Assembly: GCA_963717505.1 (NCBI GenBank) | Contig: OY970342.1 | Coordinates: 1,920,001-1,984,000 of the forward strand | Length of the DNA: 64,000 nucleotides | Direction: 5' to 3' | Origin: Candidatus Eiseniibacteriota bacterium | Lineage (GTDB): Bacteria; Eisenbacteria; RBG-16-71-46 | Shown here: positions 28,531 to 40,917 of the stretch, in pieces | Layout of the letters: every line of letters starts with the position of its first letter | Numbering within the stretch: position 1 is the stretch's first letter | The notes under the pieces: generated by a model | What the model saw: only the letters and a program-made list of their open reading frames with translations | What the model was told of the DNA's origin: nothing | The model's database searches: none | Position numbers and translations under genes: made by a program

Positions 28531-29684
28531 GCCTGCGGCCGCCTGCGATTCTGGCGCTCGAAGACGGCCGCGTGTTTCGCGGCGAGGCGTTCGGCGCCGA
28601 GACCGAAACCACCGGCGAAGTCGTGTTCAACACCTCGATGACCGGTTACCAGGAGGTGTTGTCCGATCCGTCCTACTGCGGCCAGATCATCACCTTCACC
28701 TACCCGCTGCTCGGGAACTACGGCGTCAACTCGCAGGATTGGGAGAGCGACCGGATTCGCGCGCAGGCCGTGGTCTGCCGCGAGATCTGCGATCGGCCGA
28801 GCAGCTGGCGCTCCGAGGGCACGCTGGGCGGGCTGCTCGAGCAGAACGGGATTCCGGGCATCAGCGGCATCGACACCCGTGCGCTGACCCGGCACCTGCG
28901 CGACCACGGGGTCATGCGCGGCTGCTTGTCGTCGGTCGAAAAGAACCCCGACGCCTTGGTCGACCGCGCGCGCAAGAGCCCGAGCATGCTCGGACTCGGA
29001 CTCGCCGACCTGGTCACCTGTGCGGAGCCCTACGAGTGGACCGACGGCGGTCCGACGCCGATCGACGCGCGGGCCGAGGACGACCGTCCGCTGATCGCCG
29101 TGCTCGACTGCGGCGTCAAGTACGGGATCCTGCGCCGTCTCCAGGCCGAAGGGTTCCGAGTCCGCGTGCTCCCGGCGCGTACGACCGCGTCCGAAGTGCT
29201 CGCGCATCACCCGTCGGGGGTGGTGTTGTCCAACGGACCCGGGGACCCCGAACCGCTCGACTTCGCCGTCGAAGCCGCGCGCGGCCTGTGCGGCAAGGTC
29301 CCGGTGCTCGGCATCTGCCTCGGTCACCAGCTGCTCGGGCTCGCCTACGGCGGCACGACCCGCAAGCTCAAGTTCGGACATCGCGGCATCAACCACCCGG
29401 TGATCGACCGGCGGAACGGCGTGATCGAGATCACGTCCCAGAACCACGGCTTCATGGTCGATCCCTCGGGCCTCCCCGACGAGCTGGAGCAGACCCACTG
29501 GAGCTGCAACGACGGCACGCTCGAAGGCATGGTGCACAAGAGCCAGCCGGTGCTGTCGTGCCAGTACCACCCCGAGGCGAGTGCGGGGCCACACGATGCG
29601 CGGCCGTGGTTCCGCCGCTTCGCCGAGCAGGTGGTGCGTTCGCGGCCGGCCGCGGCACCGGTGCTGGTCGGAGGGCGGCGCTGA
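28527..29684 (+). CDS. carA: Carbamoyl-phosphate synthase small subunit
   Basis: GEVVFNTSMTGYQE, SNGPGDP, GICLGHQ, SQNHGF, QYHPEA. Confidence 0.96.
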   Translation: MSLRPPAILALEDGRVFRGEAFGAETETTGEVVFNTSMTGYQEVLSDPSYCGQIITFTYPLLGNYGVNSQDWESDRIRAQAVVCREICDRPSSWRSEGTLGGLLEQNGIPGISGIDTRALTRHLRDHGVMRGCLSSVEKNPDALVDRARKSPSMLGLGLADLVTCAEPYEWTDGGPTPIDARAEDDRPLIAVLDCGVKYGILRRLQAEGFRVRVLPARTTASEVLAHHPSGVVLSNGPGDPEPLDFAVEAARGLCGKVPVLGICLGHQLLGLAYGGTTRKLKFGHRGINHPVIDRRNGVIEITSQNHGFMVDPSGLPDELEQTHWSCNDGTLEGMVHKSQPVLSCQYHPEASAGPHDARPWFRRFAEQVVRSRPAAAPVLVGGRR

Positions 29685-30242
29685 TGCCAAGCAATCCGGA
29701 CCTTGTTCCCCTGTTGAAGGAGGAACTTCGAAGTTTCTTGCGATCAGCAAGAGTCCTCTTGGCTCACGGCGAGTCCACTACTTATGAGCCACTACCAGCA
29801 GCAGCGCTGACCTTCATCTTGATCGAGTCTATGGGAAGCATCTTAGAAGGCAACGAGCTCGTAAGAGTCACCGTTGATGAGAAATTGAGGAAGATATCCA
29901 ACAATCGACAGCACATCTTCATTCTCAACACCAAGTACTTTGACCTGAACCTTTCTGAGATGACTCTGGATCTAGCCCATGATTCGTTTCGAAACCCTCT
30001 CGTGCATCAATGCGCAATCGGCGGGGATGGTTGCTTGCGCCCTTTCGGACTGGTGTTGGAGAAGGGAGACAAAACGGAGGCCTTTCCTCCACTTATCATC
30101 TTAGGCAGTGGCCACCTCCAAGTCGCTCTCAGCAACCTTCTTGATCGAACAGAGAGAGCCTTGGATGCTTTTCTCGCCGACTTGGATGAACTTGCCAAAT
30201 CCAGCCCGAGGTTGAAGTACCTTTACTTGGAGTCTTCATCTA

Positions 30243-30259
<17 letters not shown>
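29684..30259 (+). CDS. Low-GC hypothetical protein (191 aa) with an RxxxxH HEPN-like motif
   Basis: ATG overlaps the carA stop (TGATG) with GGAGG upstream; open for 191 codons in a low-GC stretch; contains FRNPLVHQ. Confidence 0.7.
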
Positions 30260-33454
<3,195 letters not shown>

Positions 33455-33458
<4 letters not shown>

Positions 33459-35236
33459 GGCGTTCCGCCGTTGTCGCCGGGCTGGCCCTGATTATCGCCG
33501 CCAGCTCGTGCGCCTACTACAACACGTTCTATCTCGCGCGGAAGAACTACTTCCTGGGCACGGCGGGGGAGCCCTATCCGCTCGACCAGAACGTGCAGAA
33601 TCGCGCGCAGTTCACGCGCTCGATGGATTTCTCGAAGAAACTGTTGAGCCAGTACCCCAAGTCCAAGTGGGTCGACGACGCCTACGTCCTCTGGGCGTGC
33701 TCGCTGCTCGGTCAGGACGATCCGATCAAGACGGTCAGCATGCTCGAGGACTTTCCGGTCCGTTTCCCCAACAGTCCGATTCGCCCGGAAGCCACGTTCT
33801 ACCTCGGGGTCGGCTACCGGCAGTCGCGCAAGTACCGCAACGCCGTCCGAGCGCTCGACGAGTTCCTCGAGCACTCGCCCAAGCACAAGCTCGCACCGTA
33901 CGCGCACTTCGAGCGCGCGCGCTCTCTCATGTCGCTCAACGAGCCGGCGGAGGCCGCGCAGGCGGCGTCGCGGGTGCTCGAAGACTTCCCGAAGAGCAAG
34001 CTGGCGAACCGCGCGCGGATCACGCGCGCCGACGCCCGATTCGAGGCTCGCGACTACGAACAGGCGCGCCTCGACTATCGGTACCTCGGCCAGCGCGCGG
34101 CCACCGACGAGGAGCGCCTGCGGTTCCTGTTGCGCGAGGCGGACTGCCTCGAGTCGGGCCAGCAGTACGAAGAAGCGTTGGCGCTGCTCGGTGATGCCAT
34201 CAGCTACGAGCGCCCGCCGGTGCTGAGCGACACGACCGGTGGCCGGGTCGCGCAGGTGCAGCAGGTTCCCGGCTATGACCGCTACGGCCGGCTTCTGATC
34301 CGGATCGGCACGGTCCACCTCTCCGCCGGACGCCTGCAGTTGGCACTCGATGCCTACGGCCGCGTGGTCGAGGACTACCCGCGCGACGGTCTGGCGCACG
34401 AAGCGCAATTCCGGATCGGCTACGCGTACGAAACCCTGGGGGACGACTTCGACCGGGCACGCACCGAGTACCAGACGGCGCGCGTTCAGGGCGGACAGGT
34501 GGGGTTCGGTATCCAGGCCGAAGAGCGGCTCAAGAACCTCGAACGACTCGCGCAATTCCGCGGTGAGGGTCAGGACTCCACCGAGCGCCAGGTCGAAGCC
34601 GGCTTCCTGCTCGCCGAACAGTATCTGTTCCAGCTCGACAAGCCCGAACGCGCGCTCGAGGAGTACCAGAAGATCGCGCGTGAGAATCCGGGCACCGCCG
34701 CAGCGGCCAAGGCGCTCAACGCCCAGGCGTGGGTGCTGTCGCGGAAATACAAACGGAATGCCGAGGCGGATTCGATCTTCTGGTACGTGATCCACAACCA
34801 TCCGGCGACCGAGGCGCAATTGGCGGCCCGGGACTATCTCGAGATGACCGGCAAGGAAGTGCCGGCCGAACTGATCAAGCTGCCCGAGCCACCGATCGTG
34901 GCTCAGGACACGATGCCCGAGCTGACCCCGGTGCCCGAGAGCGTGCCCGGGATCGGCGAGCTTCCTCAGGCGGACAGCCTTACGCGCCTCGGCCGATCGC
35001 CCGCGCCCCCGGGTGTCGCGCCCGATCAGGCGCCACCGGACCCCGGGTTCGAACCCGACGAGCCGGTGCTGGCGCCGGCGGTGATCGCCGCGGATTCGTT
35101 GCGCCGGCTGGGTAGCGACAGCACCGCGACCGCCCCGGACACCGCCAAGACCCGCCCGACGATGCCGGATTCACTGCCGCCGCCGCAGCGGCCCGTGCCA
35201 CAACCTCCCGACACTTCACGGAAGCTCGAGAAGTGA
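33455..35236 (+). CDS. TPR-rich lipoprotein (BamD/SprE-like) with Pro-rich tail
   Basis: GTG start with GGAGG RBS; lipobox ASS-C then AYYNTFY; repeated [25 protein letters not shown] loops. Confidence 0.8.
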
Positions 35237-36186
35237 GCGGCGTGCGCGACCAGTCCCGGACCCACGCCGCAAAGTCCGTGGCGGAATCGCGCGCGCCAAT
35301 CGGCTGGCGGCAAATGGTGGCCACGGTTTCGACACACGAGGACCGAGGCGCCGGACACTTCTGGCTCGACCTCGACATTCCAGCACCCTTCGCGCGCCCG
35401 CTTCCCGGGCAGTTCGTTCAACTCCTGCTCGGACCCGAGGCGACGGGTGCCCTGCTGCCGCGACCGATGAGTGTCGCCGGCGTGAAGCCGCGCGGTCGTG
35501 GGTGGCGGGTGGGCTTTCTCTACGCACCGGTGGGTCTGGGCACGGGTTCGCTGGCGCGACTTCGCCCCGGGGATCGGGTCGAAGTCCTCGGTCCGCTCGG
35601 GCGCGGCTATCCGCTCGGCGAGCCCGGAACCCCGGTGCTGGTCGCCGGCGGACGCGGCGTCGCACCGCTGCTGCTGGCCGCAGATACCCTGGCCGACTCG
35701 CGCGCGGGCCGGAACGGAGATCGCTCCGGTCGTCGCTGCGAGTTCCTGTTCGGCGCGCGTTCGGCGTCCCATCTGGTCGGGTTGTCCGATGCCAAGCGGC
35801 GACTCGCGCGCCTGGGGGGGCGTCTCCATCTGTGCACCGACGACGGCTCGCGCGGCCTGCGCGGCAACGTCGTTCAGCTGCTCGATCGCGTGGTCGAAGA
35901 CGTCGAGGGCCCGATCGTGATCCACGCCTGCGGGCCACACGGCATGCTGCGCGCCGTGGCCGAGTGGGCGATCGCACGGGGCACGCGCGCCCATCTCGCG
36001 ATGGAGTCGATGATGGCGTGCGGCACCGGTGTGTGCCGCGGCTGCCCGTTGCCGCGCAGCGACGCGGCGCGACGCGCCTTCGCGCCCCGGACGCCCTCGC
36101 TGTTCGGCAATGCCGACTACGCGATGTGCTGCACCGAGGGTCCGGTGTTCGAGGCGCGCGAGCTGGACTGGGAGCGGGTCGCGTGA
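35233..36186 (+). CDS. pyrK: Dihydroorotate dehydrogenase electron-transfer subunit
   Basis: PGQF, RPMS, GPLGRG, VAGGRGVAP, TDDGS, CGP, MACGTGVCRGC...C.EGPVF 2Fe-2S motif. Confidence 0.9.
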   Translation: MSGVRDQSRTHAAKSVAESRAPIGWRQMVATVSTHEDRGAGHFWLDLDIPAPFARPLPGQFVQLLLGPEATGALLPRPMSVAGVKPRGRGWRVGFLYAPVGLGTGSLARLRPGDRVEVLGPLGRGYPLGEPGTPVLVAGGRGVAPLLLAADTLADSRAGRNGDRSGRRCEFLFGARSASHLVGLSDAKRRLARLGGRLHLCTDDGSRGLRGNVVQLLDRVVEDVEGPIVIHACGPHGMLRAVAEWAIARGTRAHLAMESMMACGTGVCRGCPLPRSDAARRAFAPRTPSLFGNADYAMCCTEGPVFEARELDWERVA

Positions 36187-37238
36187 CGCCGCTCGATCTC
36201 GCGGTCCGGATCGGGCCCTTGAGGCTCGCGAACCCGGTGCTGGTCGCTTCCGGCACGTTCGGCTACGGCGACGAGTACGCGCACGTCGTGGATCCGCGGA
36301 AGCTGGGGGGCGTGATCACCAAGACGGTGACGCTGAAGCCGCGGGTCGGGAATCCACCCGAGCGCATCGCCGAGACCGCGGGCGGCATGCTCAACTCGAT
36401 CGGTCTCGAGAACGTCGGGCTCGCGAAGTTCCGCTCGGAGAAGGTGCCGAAGCTCGCCGGGCTGGGTGCGACCATCGTCGCCTCGATCGGCGGCGACACC
36501 GCCGGCGATCTGGAGAAGCTGCTCGGTGAACTCGCAGGTCTCTCCGCGATCGCGGCGTTCGAGATCAACTTCTCGTGCCCGAACGTCGCCAAAGGCGGTG
36601 CGCGCTACTGGACGCTGCCGCGCCGGCTCGAGACCACGATGCGCCGCCTGCGCCCGATCACGCGCAAGGCCCTGATCGCGAAGCTTTCGCCGGACGTGAC
36701 CGCGATCGGCGACCAGGCGCGCGCCTGCGAGCAGGGCGGCGCCGACGCGCTGACCGCGGTGAACACGTTCGTCGGCATGGCGGTCGACCTCGGGACCGGC
36801 CGCTCGCGGCTCAACCGCGCGACCGGCGGCCTGTCGGGTCCGGCGATCAAGCCGCTGGCGCTCGCGCGCTGCCACGAATGCGCGCAGGCGGTTCGGATTC
36901 CGATCCTGGGCTCGGGCGGGATCTCGACGGGGCACGACGCGCTCGAGTTCCTCGCGGTCGGCGCCACCGCGGTCCAGGTCGGTACGCGATCGTTCGTGCG
37001 CCCGCGCGCGGCACTCGAGGTGCTGGACGAGATGTCGGCGATGCTGCGGGCCGCGGGCGCCAAGTCGATCGACGGGTGGCGCCGGCGGCTGGCGGGGCAA
37101 GCCGCGGTGCATGGACCGGGGCACGGCAGCGGGCCGTCCCTGGTGGTCGAGCCCAAGGGACCGGCTGGGCACGAGGCCGGCGACGACGAAACGCCCGATG
37201 CCGGATATGCCCCCGTCCGTGGTGGAGCGCGACGGTGA
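36183..37238 (+). CDS. pyrD: Dihydroorotate dehydrogenase type 1B catalytic subunit
   Basis: NPVLVASGTFGYG, MLNSIGLEN, NFSCPN, KLSP, GGLSGPAIKP, GATAVQVG. Confidence 0.95.
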   Translation: MTPLDLAVRIGPLRLANPVLVASGTFGYGDEYAHVVDPRKLGGVITKTVTLKPRVGNPPERIAETAGGMLNSIGLENVGLAKFRSEKVPKLAGLGATIVASIGGDTAGDLEKLLGELAGLSAIAAFEINFSCPNVAKGGARYWTLPRRLETTMRRLRPITRKALIAKLSPDVTAIGDQARACEQGGADALTAVNTFVGMAVDLGTGRSRLNRATGGLSGPAIKPLALARCHECAQAVRIPILGSGGISTGHDALEFLAVGATAVQVGTRSFVRPRAALEVLDEMSAMLRAAGAKSIDGWRRRLAGQAAVHGPGHGSGPSLVVEPKGPAGHEAGDDETPDAGYAPVRGGARR

Positions 37239-37972
37239 GCACCCCCGAGTTCGCGATCGCCTTCGACGTCGCGACTCTCGAACGGGCGCTGGCACTCGAC
37301 GCCCGGCTCGGAAGCGGGCCAGAGTACGCGAAGGTCGGACTCCAGCTCTTCACCCAGGCGGGCCCGGAGGCCGTGCGCGCGCTGACCTCGCGCGGGCGCC
37401 GCGTGTTCCTCGACTTGAAGCTCCACGACATCCCGAACACGGTGGCCGGAGCTGCGGGTGAAGCCGCGAAGCTCGGCGCCGATCTGTTGACCGTGCACGC
37501 CGCAGGCGGCGACGCCATGATCCGCGCCGCGGTCGACGGCATTGCGCGCGCCGGCGGACGCACGCGCGTGGTCGCGGTCACCGTGCTCACCAGCCTCGAT
37601 CCCGCGGCCATGCCGCCCGGGTTTGCCACGCCGTTCGCGATGGCCGAGGTCCAGGCGCAATTGCTGGCGATGTCCCTCGCCGCCGGTGCGGCCGGCATCG
37701 TGTGCTCGGCCGCCGATCTGCCGGAGCTGCGGCGCCGTCACCCGCAGCCGTTCTACGCCGTGACCCCCGGCATCCGGCCGGCCGGTGAATCGGCCCAGGA
37801 TCAGAAGCGGGTGGCGACCGTGGCCGAAGCCGTGGCTGCCGGCGCCAGCCTGTTGGTGCTCGGCCGTGCGGTGACCGCGCACGCCGACCCGCGCGCCGCA
37901 CTGCAGCGGGCGCGCGACGAGCGCGACGGTGCGGCTACTTCATCCGCGACTCGATCCTCGGGTCGGGGATGA
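37235..37972 (+). CDS. pyrF: Orotidine-5'-phosphate decarboxylase
   Basis: KVGLQL, FLDLKLHDIPNTV, VTVLTS, TPGIRP, DQKR, GR. Confidence 0.95.
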   Translation: MSTPEFAIAFDVATLERALALDARLGSGPEYAKVGLQLFTQAGPEAVRALTSRGRRVFLDLKLHDIPNTVAGAAGEAAKLGADLLTVHAAGGDAMIRAAVDGIARAGGRTRVVAVTVLTSLDPAAMPPGFATPFAMAEVQAQLLAMSLAAGAAGIVCSAADLPELRRRHPQPFYAVTPGIRPAGESAQDQKRVATVAEAVAAGASLLVLGRAVTAHADPRAALQRARDERDGAATSSATRSSGRG

Positions 37973-38507
37973 GCCACATCGCGGCGACGAACACGTAGAG
38001 CCCGATCGAGATCCAGGGATTCAGGAACGCGAGGGGAATCGCCGAGGCATAGGACGCCAGCGACAGCTTGGCCTTGCCGTCCCGGCCGACTGCCGAAGCC
38101 AGGATCGACTCCGAGCCGTGGTGGGCGATGATCGCGTTCTGGAGGATGGTGTAGGCGATCGCCGCCGCCAGCATGACCACGCCATAGAGCGCGGTGGGCA
38201 GCGGCTGGTAGTGGTTCTCGCCCATCCAGCCGGTGACGAACGGGGTCAGCGAGAGCCAGAACAGCAGATGCATGTTCGCCCACAGGATCCGGCCGTTGAT
38301 TCGGCTGGCGGCATGCAGCATGTGATGGTGGTTGTTCCAATAGATGGCGAGGATGATGAAGCTGAGCACGTAGGTCAGGAAGACCGGGGTCAGCGGCCGG
38401 AGAGCGGCCCAGTCGGCGCCGTGCGGGATCTTGAGCTCGAGCACCAGGATGGTGATGATGATCGCGATGACGGCATCGCTGAACGCTTCGAGTCGGGTCT
38501 TGGTCAC
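37935..38507 (-). CDS. TMEM175 family potassium channel (DUF1211)
   Basis: RLEAFSDAVIAIIITILVLE, YWNNHHH, WLIPDPRIE; start reassigned to GTG 38507. Confidence 0.92.
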   Translation of the reverse strand: MTKTRLEAFSDAVIAIIITILVLELKIPHGADWAALRPLTPVFLTYVLSFIILAIYWNNHHHMLHAASRINGRILWANMHLLFWLSLTPFVTGWMGENHYQPLPTALYGVVMLAAAIAYTILQNAIIAHHGSESILASAVGRDGKAKLSLASYASAIPLAFLNPWISIGLYVFVAAMWLIPDPRIESRMK

Positions 38508-38575
38508 CGCGGGCGATCCTGACCGGGCAGCCGGCCAGGATGCAAATCGGAACAGCCCAACGGCCCATTCCATCC

Positions 38576-38604
38576 TTGACAGCCGGGCCGTCCGGCCGTA
38601 CCCG
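38576..38604 (+). promoter_or_regulatory. Putative sigma70 promoter for the ECF sigma gene (probably leaderless)
   Basis: TTGACA-17 nt-TACCCG; ATG 38612 lies 7 nt downstream. Confidence 0.45.
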
Positions 38605-38611
38605 TCCGGGA

Positions 38612-39250
38612 ATGTCGCCCGAGCCGCGGCGTAAAGACTCCGTTCAGGCGCCCGACGAGTCGGCGCTGGTGGTCGCCGCCCAGGGCGGCGACGAAGACGC
38701 CTTCGCGGCCATTGTCCGGCTCCATCAGCGCACGATCTACGGGGTGGCCTGGGGGCTGACCCGGAATGCCGCCGACGCGGACGATCTGTCGCAGGAGACG
38801 TTCGTGCGCGCATGGCGGGCGCTCGGGCGCTTCCGGGTCGGGGAGCCGCTCAGACCCTGGCTGACCCGGATCGCGGTCAACTTGGCGTACTCGTTGTTCC
38901 GGAGGCGCAAACGCCGGCCGGAAACAGCGATCGAGCCCTTGGAGGAAGCCGGGATGCAGTGGGCGGCGACGGACGATCCGGTCGCGGAAGCCGAAGGGCG
39001 GGAGCAGTCCGCGCGTCTGAACGCGGCACTGGCCGGATTGTCCGAGGACCATCGCACCATCCTGGTCCTGCGTGTGGTGCAGGATCTGTCGTACGAAGAG
39101 ATCGCCAAGACGCTGGAAGTGCCGGCGGGCACAGTGATGTCGCGGCTGTCGCGGGCCCGCGCCGAGCTGCGCGCGCTCCTGGCCGGGCCGAAGGGGCCGG
39201 GGCCATCACCCCGTGAAGTCGCCGTAGTGCCGAAGAAAGCGAGTTCATGA
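38612..39250 (+). CDS. ECF sigma-70 family factor
   Basis: GDEDAF, ADDLSQETF, WLTRIAVN, LSYEEIA, GTVMSRLSRAR. Confidence 0.93.
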   Translation: MSPEPRRKDSVQAPDESALVVAAQGGDEDAFAAIVRLHQRTIYGVAWGLTRNAADADDLSQETFVRAWRALGRFRVGEPLRPWLTRIAVNLAYSLFRRRKRRPETAIEPLEEAGMQWAATDDPVAEAEGREQSARLNAALAGLSEDHRTILVLRVVQDLSYEEIAKTLEVPAGTVMSRLSRARAELRALLAGPKGPGPSPREVAVVPKKASS

Positions 39251-40803
39251 GCCATCTGAGTCCGGATCAACTGAGCGCTTACATCGACGGCGCGCTTGCC
39301 GACACCGATCGCGAGGAAGCCGAACGCCACTTCGCGACCTGCGCCGAGTGTCTGCAGGAGCTGTCCGAAATGGCACGCGTTCACCGGCAGCTCGAGTCCA
39401 CCCTGACGCACGATCCGGGTGAGGCCTACTTCGAGTCGTTCGCCGGGCGGGTTCAGGAGCGCATTCGGTCCGACTCGGTGCTGGTCCAGGCGGCGCGCCC
39501 GGGCACGAAGCCCCGTCGAGGTGCGGGCTTTCTCGATCGACTGAGTGGCTGGCTCAGCGGACCGCGGCTGGCGTGGGCCGGAACCGCAGCAGCGGTGATC
39601 ATCGGCGCCGGAGTCGTATTCATGGTCTCGCGCCAGGCACCGATCCGATCCCCCGGGAGCGCCGACCTCGAGGCGCGCTCCGGACAGGTGGCAGGACGCG
39701 CGGAATCGACTCCGAGCCCGGCGACAGTACCGCTCGCGAAACGGGAGAATGCCCCACCACCGGGAGGGCTCGAAGAGCTGTCGGCCGAGAGTGCGCCGAC
39801 CGAAGCCGACGGCGACGACGCCCTGAAGCTGGGTGAGTCGAAAGAGACCGATCGGCTGGCAGCGGGTGCCAGGGCGGACCAGGCGGTCGTGGCTCCTGCG
39901 CCGGCCGACGAGCGTGCCGGGGCGCCCCCGCGGCCGGCCGCAACCGGATCGCTGTTCGCGGCACCGCCGCCCGCCGCGGGGAAGACTTCGACCGCACCGT
40001 TGGTGTCGCAGGAAAAGGCGGAGATCGAGAAGAACCGGGCGCGGGAGATGCAGCGGCTCGAGGGCGAGAGCGTCGCGGTTCCCGAGGCCACGGCGCAGAA
40101 GGGCGCGCCTCCGCCCAGCTCGGGCATGGCGAACGAGGCCGCTCCGCACAAGGATGCCGCCGCGCGCGCCAAGACCCAGCAGGCCCGACAGGCGGCCGAG
40201 CCGCTCCAGTCGAGCAGTGCCACCCGCGTGTGCGGGACCGTGCGCGACGACAGCGGGCGGCCGGTGTCGGGTGCTCAGGTCGTGATTGCCGACCTCGGGG
40301 TCACCGCTCGCTCGGACGCATCGGGTGGTTTCTGCGTCGACGCACCGGCTGGTGAGCACACCCTCGCGGTGATGGCTGTCGGATTCGCCGAGTCGCGCCG
40401 CAACGTCGAAGTCGGAACGCGAACGCCCACGGTCGACTTCACGTTGGCCGCGGTGTCGGTGCTGGCCGACGCCAAGCGCACGCAATGGCCGGAGCCGGCG
40501 CGCGACCTCGCGGCCGACGCCGAGCGCGGCACGAGTCGGGCCATTACGACCAACACCGCGGCCTCCTGGGACTCGGTGGCGCTCTTGTGGAGCAAGACCG
40601 CGGCGGCGCTACCCGCCGGCGAGGCACAGATCCAGGCGCGGGCCAGTCTGGCGGAAGCGCGCTATCGCGCCTGGAAGCTGTCGCCGACTCCCGGTCGCAC
40701 CGGTGTCGCGGCAGCAGCACTCCAGTCCTACCTGGAGGTCGTGCCGCAGGGCGCGGCGCGGCGCAAGGCGCAACAGCGGCTCGACGAGGTCGAGCAGCGT
40801 TAG
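39247..40803 (+). CDS. zf-HC2 anti-sigma factor with TM, low-complexity linker and carboxypeptidase-regulatory-like domain
   Basis: LSAYIDG...HFATCAEC; TM segment; GTVRDDSGRPVSGAQVVI...SDASGGF; ATG overlaps the sigma stop. Confidence 0.85.
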   Translation: MSHLSPDQLSAYIDGALADTDREEAERHFATCAECLQELSEMARVHRQLESTLTHDPGEAYFESFAGRVQERIRSDSVLVQAARPGTKPRRGAGFLDRLSGWLSGPRLAWAGTAAAVIIGAGVVFMVSRQAPIRSPGSADLEARSGQVAGRAESTPSPATVPLAKRENAPPPGGLEELSAESAPTEADGDDALKLGESKETDRLAAGARADQAVVAPAPADERAGAPPRPAATGSLFAAPPPAAGKTSTAPLVSQEKAEIEKNRAREMQRLEGESVAVPEATAQKGAPPPSSGMANEAAPHKDAAARAKTQQARQAAEPLQSSSATRVCGTVRDDSGRPVSGAQVVIADLGVTARSDASGGFCVDAPAGEHTLAVMAVGFAESRRNVEVGTRTPTVDFTLAAVSVLADAKRTQWPEPARDLAADAERGTSRAITTNTAASWDSVALLWSKTAAALPAGEAQIQARASLAEARYRAWKLSPTPGRTGVAAAALQSYLEVVPQGAARRKAQQRLDEVEQR

Positions 40804-40917
40804 GGCTTCCCCCGGCGGACTTTCCCGCTTGTCTCGGGACCACGGTTCGGCCAACCTGTCCCGCCGCCCACAACCGGGCGTTCCGCTCTTCCGAGCCTTC
40901 CCACCAGGAGCCATCCC

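Noticed and set aside
28499-29683. N-terminal part of the 586-aa ORF that ends in the low-GC insert
   Set aside because: It is an off-frame shadow of carA; the RBS, TGATG overlap and compositional shift place the start at 29684.
37935-37972. 38-bp convergent overlap of pyrF and TMEM175 (also 55242-55256 and 19051-19054)
   Set aside because: Short 3' overlaps are common in compact GC-rich genomes; no further evidence of antisense regulation.
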